NCBI RefSeq assembly: GCF_030013595.1
Contig: NZ_CP122768.1
From: Escherichia coli
GTDB lineage: Bacteria > Pseudomonadota > Gammaproteobacteria > Enterobacterales > Enterobacteriaceae
DNA length: 64,000 bases
Direction: 5' to 3' (one strand)
Part shown: positions 18,390 through 29,050 of the stretch, piece by piece
How the letters are laid out: the number at the start of each line of letters is the position of its first letter
How positions within the stretch are numbered: the first letter of the stretch is position 1
The notes under the pieces: model-generated
What the model was told of the DNA's origin: nothing
What the model saw: only the letters and a program-made list of their open reading frames with translations
Databases searched by the model: none
Position numbers and translations under genes: made by a program

Positions 18390-19028
18390 TCAGCGAACCG
18401 TCCATGCCGGGCTGAAATCCTCTTCCTGAAACAGCTCCGTCAGCCCGCTAATCTGTTTCAATCTGAGAACTTCATCCTGGTCCATACCCAGCTCCGTACC
18501 AATGCGTTCATTCGTCCAGCCCAGGCGCGACAGGTCCCTGACAATATCAGACATTGAGGTTATCTGATGTTTGCCCCTGGCCCGGTTATGTCGGATGGTC
18601 GCAGCAATACGTGAGGCCTGTCCCTTTCTCTCCGGATTAATACAGACCACCGGCAGCCAGCCCTTCAGACGTTTTCCCGTACCTGCTTCCCTGCCCAGCA
18701 CCTGGCGATGAAAACCATCCACCACCAGGTAATGGTTCTTTTCCTCAGACACCACCACCGGTTGTGTGAAACCATCTTTCTCCAGTGACTGCTTCAGCAG
18801 TTTCTTCTCACCCGGCGCCATGACATTAGGATTGTAATCATTGGCCACCACCTCATCTGCTTTTACCCACAGCACACAGTCCACTGGCTCATGTGCAAAA
18901 GGACTGACTTCATGAAGCACTCTGCGCAGGTGATTAAGGGCCTGTATGGTCTCTTCTTCTGGTCGTTCCTGGCTGAAGTACTGACGAATCATGTTGCCAA
19001 TTATCTCCGGTGTCACAGAATCCCCCAT
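18390..19028 (-). CDS. ParB-like nuclease-domain protein with DGQHR-type motif (IbrB/DndB-like)
   Basis: 212 aa; YLVVDGFHRQVLGRE (DG-F/Q-HR motif); start overlaps stop region of upstream PAPS-reductase-like gene by 16 nt. Confidence 0.65.
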   Translation of the reverse strand: MGDSVTPEIIGNMIRQYFSQERPEEETIQALNHLRRVLHEVSPFAHEPVDCVLWVKADEVVANDYNPNVMAPGEKKLLKQSLEKDGFTQPVVVSEEKNHYLVVDGFHRQVLGREAGTGKRLKGWLPVVCINPERKGQASRIAATIRHNRARGKHQITSMSDIVRDLSRLGWTNERIGTELGMDQDEVLRLKQISGLTELFQEEDFSPAWTVR

Positions 19029-20290
19029 TCCTTCCTCCTTTCTTTCATACGCTGCAGATAACGTTCATAGTGCCGGGGTTTGTTCGGACTGAAGGAGAGG
19101 GTCCGGTACCAGAAATCATTCTTTATAAGTGTCTTACAGATACGCCGCCAGGACGGAATATCCCGGCTCCCCAGGTCATTCTCCTGTTCATCCGGGATGT
19201 CATCCGGGAAGCCCCGCGTCTGATACCAGCGCAGGTAGACAGCAATTTTATTACGGTAATGTTCTGCCGTTCTTTCCGGCATCACATCCAGCAGGAACAT
19301 CGCATAGCTGCGCCAGGTATGATGGGCTGGTTTTGATATACGTTTACGCAGGGCAAAATAGGCACCGCTTTCATTGGCATAAAGCGCCCCGCTGGCAGCG
19401 CCTGACACCCGCTCACACATCCTGGCCCAGGTTTCCGGCTCCAGAACATGGTAAAGCCACAGCCCCTTACGTTGTTCAGGACCAAAAGGTTCACAGACAC
19501 GCATGTTGCGTAACGGCACGTCGGCACGGTACATCAGGTCATACAGAGGATTGTAAATGGCACAAGCTCTGGCGTTATATATCCAGATATCGCGGGCTTT
19601 CCAGTCATACAACGGATACATGGTGTAATAAAACCCTTCAGGCGATGCCGTGGTCCAGGGCTTATCATCGGCATATCTCAGTTTGCGCTGAGACACCAGC
19701 CCCATAAAGCGATTGAGGGATTCATCCGCACGAACACCGGTCAGCACTGCCACTCCACACCGGTTACCGGCAAACCAGGAAGAAAATGCCGGAACAAATT
19801 CTTCAAACGTCATGGCATACCGGAAAAAGGGAAAATATGTCATATCCGTAATGGCCTCTTCCGGTGGCTGGCGAACCCAGGTCACTCCTGGCTCCCAGCA
19901 TATCCACTCCGGCTGAAACTGCGAGACGCCGTTTACCGTGGTCAGGGGAAGTGCCACCCAGTAAAAGGTTTCCGTCACATCATGGTACATTTCCCGCATC
20001 TTCTGAATATGTTCAATGGTGCACCGATACTGGGCCTCCCAGTCAATGAACAGAACAGAGAAATGACGTTTTCTCCTGCGGGCCACCTCTGCCACAAGAT
20101 GGAAAAGCACGGTGGAATCCTTTCCACCTGAAAAAGACAGACATACCGACGGAAATGTTTCAAAAATCCACTCAATGCGGGCGATTGCAGCACGCAAAAC
20201 ATTTTCTCCGGTAAGGATTTTTTCGGTTAAAAGCGTATCACTCATTTTCCTGGCTTTATGTCGAATAATTCTGTTTATACATTCAGGCAA
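19013..20290 (-). CDS. PAPS reductase / PP-loop ATP-pyrophosphatase family protein (IbrA/DndC-like)
   Basis: 425 aa; PP-loop SFSGGKDST near N-terminus; long C-terminal extension; translationally coupled to ParB-like gene. Confidence 0.7.
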   Translation of the reverse strand: MPECINRIIRHKARKMSDTLLTEKILTGENVLRAAIARIEWIFETFPSVCLSFSGGKDSTVLFHLVAEVARRRKRHFSVLFIDWEAQYRCTIEHIQKMREMYHDVTETFYWVALPLTTVNGVSQFQPEWICWEPGVTWVRQPPEEAITDMTYFPFFRYAMTFEEFVPAFSSWFAGNRCGVAVLTGVRADESLNRFMGLVSQRKLRYADDKPWTTASPEGFYYTMYPLYDWKARDIWIYNARACAIYNPLYDLMYRADVPLRNMRVCEPFGPEQRKGLWLYHVLEPETWARMCERVSGAASGALYANESGAYFALRKRISKPAHHTWRSYAMFLLDVMPERTAEHYRNKIAVYLRWYQTRGFPDDIPDEQENDLGSRDIPSWRRICKTLIKNDFWYRTLSFSPNKPRHYERYLQRMKERRKEWGIL

Positions 20291-20745
20291 ACTTCATTAA
20301 TAACTCACCGCTTTGGGGATAAATAATAACAACAAAAATCTTCAGATATTAACCTGGTTGTTGGATTTGTTATCACATCCTTTATCCACCTGCTTCTTAC
20401 TGGTAACACACCTGGAAAATCCATGCATTTTCAACATATACTATCCTTTCAACTTGTAAATAAGAAAATATGATGCAGATGGTGAACAATTCAAATATCA
20501 TTTTGCAGGAAGTATTCACTGTAATAGAATTACCCCCTGATAAAGTTTATTCACTAAGGAATTATTCAACAGAAACATTCCCTGTTAGCTTTGAGCAATA
20601 GCACTTATTTTTATATGTATCAGGAATACGTACGTTGATGTAACCAAAACAAAGAAGCCTGTGTCCATGGGGTTCGTACAATTGTGTGTGGCACATGACC
20701 AAATCAGGTTTGAGACCTCCCGCTGCAATATTTTTTATTCAGATT

Positions 20746-23427
20746 TTAGCCTGTCAGGCCTGACAGAAACGCTCCCAACTTCCCTTCTATATCACTGTCT
20801 ATAGTACGTAATCTTAGCAATGGCAGGCCGCATTTCTTCAGTATACTGTTTTTAAGTTCATCACGTTCAGCCTGAACACTGGTCAGATGATAACCTCCAT
20901 CCACTTCAATAACCCCTAATGGAGTCTTCCCGACCTTATAGTAAACAACAAAGTCACAACTGGCCCGGTTACGCATGAATAACTGTTCACGGTGTGTAAA
21001 ATCCCCCCGCTCCAGCGACACCAACTGATTCAGCGCTATTTGTGAATGAAACATCATACTCCGATAACTATCCTGCGACAGGATATCCCGCAACAGGCAG
21101 GCCACAATCTGTTCTGACTTAAAGTGTGAATCATTTGAATTCAATCTACTATTCAGTCGTTCCAGTGATTTGTCATACTCACTGTACAGCAAATCAAATG
21201 CTGATATGACCGGGCTCTCGAAAATCTCTCCGTCATCAGCGTAGTATTTGATGTAACGAATCAGCGCCGCAATATGTCCAGCGTGGCGTTCAAATACATC
21301 ATTACCAGTCACCAGCGTAAATTTATTTCGGGCCCTTGAAACAGCGACATTCACCAGTTCAGGATTATCAACAAACGCGATGTTCCGACTGTGCTGGCTG
21401 CTGCGCTTCTTATCCAGCACAGTGGAAAACACAATTTCATCGCACTCCCGTCCCTGAAATTTATGCACCGTCGATTTCACAAAATCAGCAGGCAGCACTT
21501 TTTCAGCCAGATTAACCTGTGCATTATATGGGGCAATGTATCCCCTGCTACTTTCTTCATCCCAGTAATGACCTTCCAGAGATTCAAGCTCCCTGAGATT
21601 TGAAAAATTACGGGTATGGTTTCCTTTTGCCGTGATGACCAGAGATAATGAGGCTTCACCGGAATCAACCGTTAACGGTATCAGAGCATTATCATAAAAC
21701 TGCTTATTACAAAATTGAATGATTTTAGGATGACAACGATAATGCTCTTTAAGAAGGGTTACTGGCACCATGTTCCTGAACAACATACAAACCGAATCAA
21801 GTAGACTATATTTCTCACAATTATAGTATTCTGCCGGTGGAGATGGGCTGTTCGGGAGTAATACAGGAACATGTGGAAGTTGCTTACGATCCCCTACAAC
21901 GATTACATTACGGGCACATCCCAGTCCCAGAATGCCCGGAACAATATCCTGCTGCGAGGCTTCATCAATAATAACATAATCAAGAAGGGCCCCCTTGCCG
22001 ATAGAGTTAATAATCGAATGCGTACTGCTACCAATAATCGGAAAACGCTTTATAAAACGGTCAAATTCATCCCTGTATGTCTCTGCCGAGAATGAACTTC
22101 TTGTTGAAACATTTCTTCGCAGATGTTGCTTTAAATAAAGCATAGACCATGATGTCAGGCGCCCCAGTAAAATTTTAAAATCAGATTTTTTAAATACTTC
22201 CTCATATTCATTCAGAGAAATTTGTTTTTCCCGGATATTTTTTTCATAATAAGAAAGCTGAAGAGAAGTAAATAGCGCCAGCCTTCTCTCCGGAATCATC
22301 AATGGTTTGACTTTCAGTATCATGAAGTTTAACAACAAATCAATTCTGTTTCTGAATCCAATCCGCCTGTCAGAAAGGTAATGAATATAAGCCATCAGGT
22401 CGGTTGTTTTTTGTGAGGAAAATCGGTATTTGTGAGAAAAAAGCTCCTCCGGTCGAAGATTCTGACTCTGCCATTGCTGCAGGTATTTATACTCAATATT
22501 CAGCTCATTAATTTCTGCTTTTAACGAAGCGACCTGGTTAATGGCATTCAGGTGTTTTTTCACTTGTTGAAGTACATCATCAATCGCATTTGCAGACGGT
22601 GAGTCAGGTAAGACTTCCTCAGAACGCGAAATCGACGTTGAAAAAAACTGTTGCCTGTTCCCCGTACTCCCCAGTCGTGCCATCACATATCCCAGTTGCT
22701 GTTTGTCCATCTTTTCATAAACATTACTGACAGCTGAGTTATTATTGGACAAAATTGCCACTGTTTTATTCTGAATTAATATATTAGCAACAATATTGAG
22801 TATAGTCTGTGTTTTACCTGTTCCAGGTGGTCCTTCAATAACTGAAATCTGTGAGGAAAATGCCCGTTCGACAGCCAGCAACTGACTTTCATTAAGACCA
22901 AACGGAAAAATCAAACCCCATGGCGAATCACGTTTTTTACTCTGTCCTGAACAGTATGCATGCAAGGCGGTATCCGGATGAGGAACTATTTTCTTTATCT
23001 GCCTAAGGATATTCTCATCGATATTTCTGTTATTACCACGGGCATAAAAAATACGTTCATTAGCCACCCTACACAAGTAATTAAACACGGCATGCTCTGT
23101 AAATGCTGAACACTGTTGAAAGTCAAGGCCGGTCGTTTTCATGATGTAGGGTCGTTCACCCTCGCGGTAATAAACAGCAGCATATTTATCACCATATATA
23201 ATAACCAGTTCAGCCCGGGATGTTACAGCGTTCCCTTTCCTTTCGAGGAAAACATTTCGCAAATTTACAGTTGGCGTTATCTGACATACAGAAAGCGGAC
23301 GAGTATATTTTCTCCCGCTGCGAAAATGACAGGTCAGCATAACCTCTCTGTCGTCATTTCCAGCCCACAGCGTCCAGTCGGTAATTTTATGAGTCTTATT
23401 TTCACCGTCAACACAAATCGTGACCAT
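20746..23427 (-). CDS. Superfamily-1 (Upf1/DNA2-like) helicase with N-terminal unknown domain and C-terminal Vsr/DUF559-like endonuclease domain
   Basis: 893 aa; Walker A GPPGTGKT, Walker B IIDEASQ, motif III VVGDRKQLP, YRCHPKIIQFCNKQFY, motif V VHKFQGRECDEIVFS, motif VI VAVSRARNKF; C-terminus CDFVVYY...VIEVDGGYH...AERDELKNSILKKCGLPLLRL resembles the DUF559/Vsr-type PD-(D/E)xK fold. Confidence 0.75.
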   Translation of the reverse strand: MVTICVDGENKTHKITDWTLWAGNDDREVMLTCHFRSGRKYTRPLSVCQITPTVNLRNVFLERKGNAVTSRAELVIIYGDKYAAVYYREGERPYIMKTTGLDFQQCSAFTEHAVFNYLCRVANERIFYARGNNRNIDENILRQIKKIVPHPDTALHAYCSGQSKKRDSPWGLIFPFGLNESQLLAVERAFSSQISVIEGPPGTGKTQTILNIVANILIQNKTVAILSNNNSAVSNVYEKMDKQQLGYVMARLGSTGNRQQFFSTSISRSEEVLPDSPSANAIDDVLQQVKKHLNAINQVASLKAEINELNIEYKYLQQWQSQNLRPEELFSHKYRFSSQKTTDLMAYIHYLSDRRIGFRNRIDLLLNFMILKVKPLMIPERRLALFTSLQLSYYEKNIREKQISLNEYEEVFKKSDFKILLGRLTSWSMLYLKQHLRRNVSTRSSFSAETYRDEFDRFIKRFPIIGSSTHSIINSIGKGALLDYVIIDEASQQDIVPGILGLGCARNVIVVGDRKQLPHVPVLLPNSPSPPAEYYNCEKYSLLDSVCMLFRNMVPVTLLKEHYRCHPKIIQFCNKQFYDNALIPLTVDSGEASLSLVITAKGNHTRNFSNLRELESLEGHYWDEESSRGYIAPYNAQVNLAEKVLPADFVKSTVHKFQGRECDEIVFSTVLDKKRSSQHSRNIAFVDNPELVNVAVSRARNKFTLVTGNDVFERHAGHIAALIRYIKYYADDGEIFESPVISAFDLLYSEYDKSLERLNSRLNSNDSHFKSEQIVACLLRDILSQDSYRSMMFHSQIALNQLVSLERGDFTHREQLFMRNRASCDFVVYYKVGKTPLGVIEVDGGYHLTSVQAERDELKNSILKKCGLPLLRLRTIDSDIEGKLGAFLSGLTG

Positions 23428-23667
23428 ATTCTTACTCAGAAATTATCATTTAACTTACGGAAAATTGTTAAGGCACTCCCGATATTAGCTCCGGAGGATT
23501 TTCCACAACTCCGGGACTGTTAACATATTTCTGCCTGCCATATATACATTGAATTTAGTCATAACAGTCAATACCAGAATTACAGGAATGCGATGCCGAT
23601 ACGCTGGTTATTGAATACTGGTAGCCCCTGAGCACTAATTCATCACGATACTCTGTATTTACTGTTT

Positions 23668-24801
23668 TCACTGCTTTTTACAACCATTCCCCCAGGTAAA
23701 ATGCTGCTCCTCCGGTGATGGCTGTGTCAGAAACTGCCATCCCGGAATAGCCACGCTGACCGCCAGCAATGCCGCACAGACACCAGCCACAAACGGTTTC
23801 AGAAACGTGGGCGGGGATTTCTGAAGGGAGGGTGACTGCTCCGCCTGCACTTTCCCCTTGCGATTATCAAGGCTCAGTGCATCCAGACGCACCGCGCCAT
23901 TTGCCGCAAGCAGCCCTTCCCGGTTATCCACGCTTCCCGGCAGACTCAGCGAAAAATCCCCTGTTCCCGTCTGAATCAGACTGCCTTTACGATTTGACAG
24001 GCTTTGTGCCGATATCTGCAGTGTGTCGGCATTTATCGTACCGCCATTACTGCTGAACTGCCCGGCAGTCCGGGCGGAAAGCGTATCGGCACTCAGTTGC
24101 GCATTCTGTGTAGACAGATTTCCACTGGTTGCATTCAGCTCAGTATGTTGTCCCTGTATCCGGCTGTTACCTAAATCCAGCCCCTGCTCAATGTCCCGTA
24201 AATCCAGCAGAGAACCTTCGTGTGCCGGGAATGAGGAATACAACTGAATATAGTCATCACTGTCCGGTGTCAGACGCACATGTCGCACAACACCGGGAAT
24301 AATAACCAGCCGGAGGATACCGCTTTTTAAATCCTGCGAAGGTGCCAGAACACGGGTGGTGACATAACCATGATCGACCAGACGGTTCTGCAATGTACTC
24401 ATCAGCAGATTAATTCCTTTCGCCCCCAGGCAATGCCCGACCGCCCCGTTGGCGATTTTTTGTAAAGGCAGCCAGTGTGGTAACGCATCAGCCCCCTTCA
24501 GTTCCGTCTGTTTAATCTGAAAACAGGGCGTTTCAACAGGAAAATTAATCTTATGGGCAAAAGAGCCAGGTGCAGAAAGGCGAACATCAGGGGCTGAAGG
24601 CGTCAGTTGTTGCTCAAGGGCTTCCTGACGCTGCTGCTGAATGATAAATGCTTCATCTCCGCTACGCCGGACATCCGCTGCCTGAAGAGATAAAGGCGAT
24701 AATAAAGCAGACATCAGTGTCAGTGACAGCAAGGACGGACAGCGCCGGAATAAGCTTTGTTCCTCAGTCCTCTCGTTCCTGCAACATAATTTTCCAGTCA
24801 A
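23668..24801 (-). pseudogene. Two-partner-secretion remnant: TpsB/CdiB-like POTRA N-terminus fused to TpsA/CdiA-like repeat fragment
   Basis: Signal peptide [17 protein letters not shown]-like block ([10 protein letters not shown]...[17 protein letters not shown]), then low-complexity hemagglutinin-type repeats; no beta-barrel region, so likely an internal-deletion product. Confidence 0.4.
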
Positions 24802-25388
24802 ACGAAAAACCTTTTATTCATGTCATACCAACAATCACCAGCCTCCTGACGATACCTCCCACCATGTTTTGCGATGGCACGCTACCGCCCTTCCGGTATT
24901 TACCCGCATCAACCGGTACCAGAATGCTGAGTAACAAACCAGCTAGAATTGACTTAATTTTGATCATTATAGAATAATGATCTGAACTACAGCAACATGA
25001 CAGATTTATCGATCGATATAACACAAATGAACAGTTCTTTATTCTGACAAATATCGCAAAAACAGCACATTACAAAATTTATAACCATAATTACTGGAAA
25101 AGTGCAGAAAATTATTCCACTGAATGCTTTTAATACAGTTGGTTAGCTTAAAAAATAGCAATTTTTGATTTCAGTCATTGAAAGTTGCAATGTTTGACGA
25201 TTCAACAGCATTTAAGTGAGTTTCAGGATATGGGAAGGACATGAAAGGAGGAGCGCAATAAAATACACAGGAAGAAGGGGAAAATGTTTCGTAAAAACAG
25301 AAAATTAACAGCGCACATCAGGAAACGCAGTCTCCTGATTCAGTGCTACCACATGAAAATTTAGTTAACTGTTACCGTACTAAAATTT

Positions 25389-25580
25389 ATGTCAGAAGAT
25401 GTTCCATTACCGAAAGTCAATCAGCGATACAAAGACGATCATGGTGCGCTTGTCACCCTGACCAGTGTTGAGGAAACCCGGGTGGTGTTTATGCAGGACG
25501 GCTATCCGCATCCCTGCATGCGACCGATGTACAACTTTCTGGGAAAATTCAAACCCGAACCCCGGGAAGAAACAGAATAA
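25389..25580 (+). CDS. DUF4222-like small prophage protein
   Basis: 63 aa; pattern RYKDDHGALVTLTSVEETRVVFMQDGYPHPCMRPMYNF fits the recalled DUF4222 consensus. Confidence 0.45.
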   Translation: MSEDVPLPKVNQRYKDDHGALVTLTSVEETRVVFMQDGYPHPCMRPMYNFLGKFKPEPREETE

Positions 25581-25632
25581 AACGAAATCCCTGCCGGCAA
25601 TCACACTACCTGATAGCAGCATAATCCACTTA

Positions 25633-25941
25633 TTAATTCTCATCCCCGGAGACAAGCCCAGAAAACCACTCCGGGTGTTCACTGTATGCCGTGTTCAGCG
25701 CATCCCTGGAAACGTTTATATAAAAGCTGTCCTGCAATTTGCGGGTAACAACTTCTGCCAGGCGATTCCGGTTATCCACCAGTCCGGCATAACCTCTCTC
25801 TGCCAGCCACTCATTCAGTTCATGTTCCAGAGACAGATTGATAATATCATAATCGGACCTTGCCATTCCCGTTTCCTTAGCACATGTTTTCAGGCACGGG
25901 GATAAAGTATAAAGAATGTCATACTGCTGCTGCCAGAGCAA
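25633..25941 (-). CDS. Hypothetical small protein (true start may be the internal Met giving ~77 aa)
   Basis: ORF on same strand as the two downstream hypothetical genes; no motif recognised. Confidence 0.3.
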   Translation of the reverse strand: MLWQQQYDILYTLSPCLKTCAKETGMARSDYDIINLSLEHELNEWLAERGYAGLVDNRNRLAEVVTRKLQDSFYINVSRDALNTAYSEHPEWFSGLVSGDEN

Positions 25942-25961
25942 TATTCCCCCTGATGGTTGTA

Positions 25962-26621
25962 TCAGAGATGGTATGCCGGTACTTTGCGGGTTGTTCCCGT
26001 CAGGTTATCGTGCACCTCCACGGTCGTGGTCACCACCGGCATTCCGGCCTTTCTCAGCCTCAGAACATCAGCCGCAATACGCTGACTGCCAAACCAGAAC
26101 AGGCCGTCCAGTGCAGTCACCAGTAAACCCGCCTCCAGTGCATACTTCAGCCGTTCACGGGGCGCTTTCACTTCCCGGGCAACCTGCTGATATGGCAATG
26201 ATGTGTTTTCATTCCCAACCACGCGACGAATACGGTGAGACAGATGATACCGGTATGTATCCGGCACACCAGAAAGGCTGGCCTTCAGGCTGTACACGCA
26301 GCCAAACCGTTTATCGTTAAACACCTCATTTTTCTGGCTGATGCCCCATTCTTCACGCAGCGCGGCAATCAATTGCGGTGTACGGGTAAGCAGCAAGCGA
26401 AAAGGCAGTTCAAAACTGGTGACGTAATCCACATTCAGCAGTGCAATACGCAACCGTTCTTCTGGCCCGGCCTCTGTCTGCCGGCACTCCTCCAGAACAT
26501 CCTGCCACTGCCGGCGAAGACGGGGGGATTCGTTCCGTTCTGTAAAACAGTATTTATCCGCCAGATAGTCAATTCGTGTACGCATACTGAAAGGAATTCC
26601 GTATAAAGATTCAGCAGACAA
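25962..26621 (-). CDS. Hypothetical prophage-type protein (possibly YagK/YfjJ 'inovirus Gp2' family)
   Basis: 219-aa ORF; family suggestion rests on size and island context only. Confidence 0.35.
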   Translation of the reverse strand: MSAESLYGIPFSMRTRIDYLADKYCFTERNESPRLRRQWQDVLEECRQTEAGPEERLRIALLNVDYVTSFELPFRLLLTRTPQLIAALREEWGISQKNEVFNDKRFGCVYSLKASLSGVPDTYRYHLSHRIRRVVGNENTSLPYQQVAREVKAPRERLKYALEAGLLVTALDGLFWFGSQRIAADVLRLRKAGMPVVTTTVEVHDNLTGTTRKVPAYHL

Positions 26622-26673
26622 AACTTTATCAGCCAGTAAAAATTAACGGAAGCATTGATATTCCTCCCGACAA

Positions 26674-27183
26674 TCACCGGATGATTGTTGCAATAACCTG
26701 CGACATAAAGGACTGAACAGCCGTTTTTAACGCCACGTATTGCCCTGATGAACCAGGCCGGGCCACCCGAAAACATCTTTCCACCCGGCATTGTCCGCCA
26801 GCACTTATCACCGACCAGGTCTGTTGCAGTAAATCCACCAGTTGCGCACATTCTTCATCAGCCATGACGCCGACTCGCGGATGGCAAATACTCGTCTGGC
26901 TGAGCAGCAACAGACATCGTATCTGTGCTCCTTCATGTTGTTCCCGCAACCAGCGTAATACCACCGGCGCTGATGGGCTGACCGTGTGATTATGCTCCGT
27001 AATACGTTCGTGTACCCGTCGGTGAAAGGAACTACAAAATGTCTGAATCTGTTGACCATAGATTCCTTCTGCCGAATAGAGCGTGAAGTGAAATGCCAAC
27101 AGATTTGGCCAGTGGTCCACCGCCTGCTGAACAAAACGCCGGATTTCCCCCGGCTCTGAAATTAAGGCTTCGGTTATTTGCAC
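26674..27183 (-). CDS. Hypothetical prophage-type protein
   Basis: 169-aa ORF directly upstream of 25962-26621 on same strand; could be the N-terminal part of one split gene. Confidence 0.35.
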   Translation of the reverse strand: MQITEALISEPGEIRRFVQQAVDHWPNLLAFHFTLYSAEGIYGQQIQTFCSSFHRRVHERITEHNHTVSPSAPVVLRWLREQHEGAQIRCLLLLSQTSICHPRVGVMADEECAQLVDLLQQTWSVISAGGQCRVERCFRVARPGSSGQYVALKTAVQSFMSQVIATIIR

Positions 27184-27628
27184 GAAATGTTCCTTTTCAA
27201 CCCCTGTTGAATTTTGTCAAGCCGGTGCAGACACAGTAAAGCGCGCATCAACACCTGAAAGGTACGATACAAACACAAGTTACAAACAATAAGAACGGAA
27301 GGACAATTAATCAGTGAGGAATAATAACTAAATTAACCAAAAGAATGTTACTGACAATACTACCAATACTTAAATAGCAATATATTAATTAATGTAAGAA
27401 CAGATGCCCGGTAGGACATATACACAATACATCCACAAACACACTCTTTTCATTAAATCAATCACCTGATTAAACCATGAAAGTGTGATGTAAGTCAAAA
27501 TTACTGATACTATCAATTGATAATGATTATCTCTATCATTATCGTGAAATTCGAGAATGAAAGGAGAAGTAGTCATTATAAGCCTTTTATAAATCGTCAT
27601 CATCATAGTAAAGTAGAACACTTTTTAT

Positions 27629-28099
27629 ATGAGTTACTATATGAAAATATACTGGACAAGAAAACGTATTCCTGAACTTTCAGCACTTCCACCTTCATTA
27701 AGAAAGAAAAATTTTACTGACGCATATAATGCAGCATCTTCTCATATCGAATACTGGATAGGTGCTGGCGTCTCATTTATCTCGATGATGATTTTATCCA
27801 GAGTATATGACTTTCTTTTACCCGCCCAAGATACTTTCCCGGGTGATATCATCAGAAGTTTATGTGTTGTGTGTCCATCCATATTAATCTGGTTTCAGTT
27901 TTCGGTATATGTCATGAGGAAATATTACAGACATATTCTGGTGCGAGGAAAAGAAACCGAAACCATTTCAGAAAGGTTGATACGTGAGGCTGATACACGA
28001 GAATATGAACTATGGCGTCCGGTCCGTCGCTTTTTCTCCATTGTTTTCCTCATTGTTCTATTAGGTTGCATTCATTCACTGATAACAACTATAAAATAA
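27629..28099 (+). CDS. Hypothetical membrane protein in AT-rich DNA
   Basis: 156 aa with at least three hydrophobic segments; strongly AT-rich codon usage. Confidence 0.35.
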   Translation: MSYYMKIYWTRKRIPELSALPPSLRKKNFTDAYNAASSHIEYWIGAGVSFISMMILSRVYDFLLPAQDTFPGDIIRSLCVVCPSILIWFQFSVYVMRKYYRHILVRGKETETISERLIREADTREYELWRPVRRFFSIVFLIVLLGCIHSLITTIK

Positions 28100-28336
28100 A
28101 AGTTATGGCTGTTCTGATACAGGAAAATAAACGTTCATTCTATGGTTACCTCTTCCTGTTATATAGAAGAATTTTAAACGACAAGTAAGGGAATATAAAT
28201 GAAAATAACAAAAAATAAAAATGCAACTATAAAAAACAGTCATCAGTCGGCTGCTTTTCAATGTTTACCTTATCATTTTCTGGTAATGCTGCCAACTTAC
28301 TGATTTAGTGTATGATGGTGATTTTAAGGTGCTTGC

Positions 28337-28612
28337 GTGGCTTCCATTTCCATCAGATGTCCTTCCTGCTCCGCTACTGAAGGCGTGGTGCGTAACGGCA
28401 AAAGCACTGCCGGACATCAGCGCTATCTCTGCTCTCATTGCCGTAAAACATGGCAACTACAGTTCACTTACACCGCCTCTCAGCCCGGTAAGCACCAGAA
28501 AATCATTGATATGGCCATGAATGGCGTCGGATGTCGCGCCAGTGCACGCATTATGGGCGTTGGCCTCAACACGGTTTTACGTCACTTAAAAAACTCAGGC
28601 CGCAGTCGGTAA
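28337..28612 (+). CDS. insA: IS1 InsA
   Basis: 91 aa [40 protein letters not shown]... zinc-finger protein. Confidence 0.9.
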   Translation: MASISIRCPSCSATEGVVRNGKSTAGHQRYLCSHCRKTWQLQFTYTASQPGKHQKIIDMAMNGVGCRASARIMGVGLNTVLRHLKNSGRSR

Positions 28613-29034
28613 CCTCGCGCATACAACCGGGCAGTGATGTGATTGTCTGCGCTGAAATGGACGAACAGTGGGGCTACGTCGGTGCTAAATCACGTCAGCG
28701 CTGGCTGTTTTACGCGTATGACAGGATACGGAGGACGGTTGTGGCGCACGTCTTCGGTGAACGCACTCTGGCCACACTGGAGCGTCTTCTGAGCCTGCTG
28801 TCGGCCTTTGAGGTCGTGGTATGGATGACGGATGGCTGGCCGCTGTATGAATCACGCCTGAAGGGAAAGCTGCACGTTATCAGCAAGCGTTACACTCAGC
28901 GCATTGAGCGACATAATCTGAATCTGAGACAACATCTGGCAAGGCTGGGACGGAAGTCACTGTCGTTCTCAAAATCGGTGGAGCTGCATGACAAGGTCAT
29001 CGGGCATTATCTGAACATAAAACACTATCAGTAA
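28531..29034 (+). CDS. insB: IS1 InsB (transposase frame; expressed as InsAB' by frameshift)
   Basis: 167-aa ORF overlapping insA in the -1 frame, classic IS1 arrangement. Confidence 0.9.
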   Translation: MSRQCTHYGRWPQHGFTSLKKLRPQSVTSRIQPGSDVIVCAEMDEQWGYVGAKSRQRWLFYAYDRIRRTVVAHVFGERTLATLERLLSLLSAFEVVVWMTDGWPLYESRLKGKLHVISKRYTQRIERHNLNLRQHLARLGRKSLSFSKSVELHDKVIGHYLNIKHYQ

Positions 29035-29050
29035 GTTGGAGTCATTACCT

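Larger units (their letters stand above)
28282..29049 (+). mobile_element. IS1 insertion sequence (copy A)
   Basis: 768 bp; left end GGTAATGCTGCCAACTTACTGATTTAGTGTATGATGGTG, right end ...ATCAGTAAGTTGGAGTCATTACC; insA/insB inside; flanking 9-mers differ (TCATTTTCT vs TGAGAATAA), so no target duplication. Confidence 0.9.
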
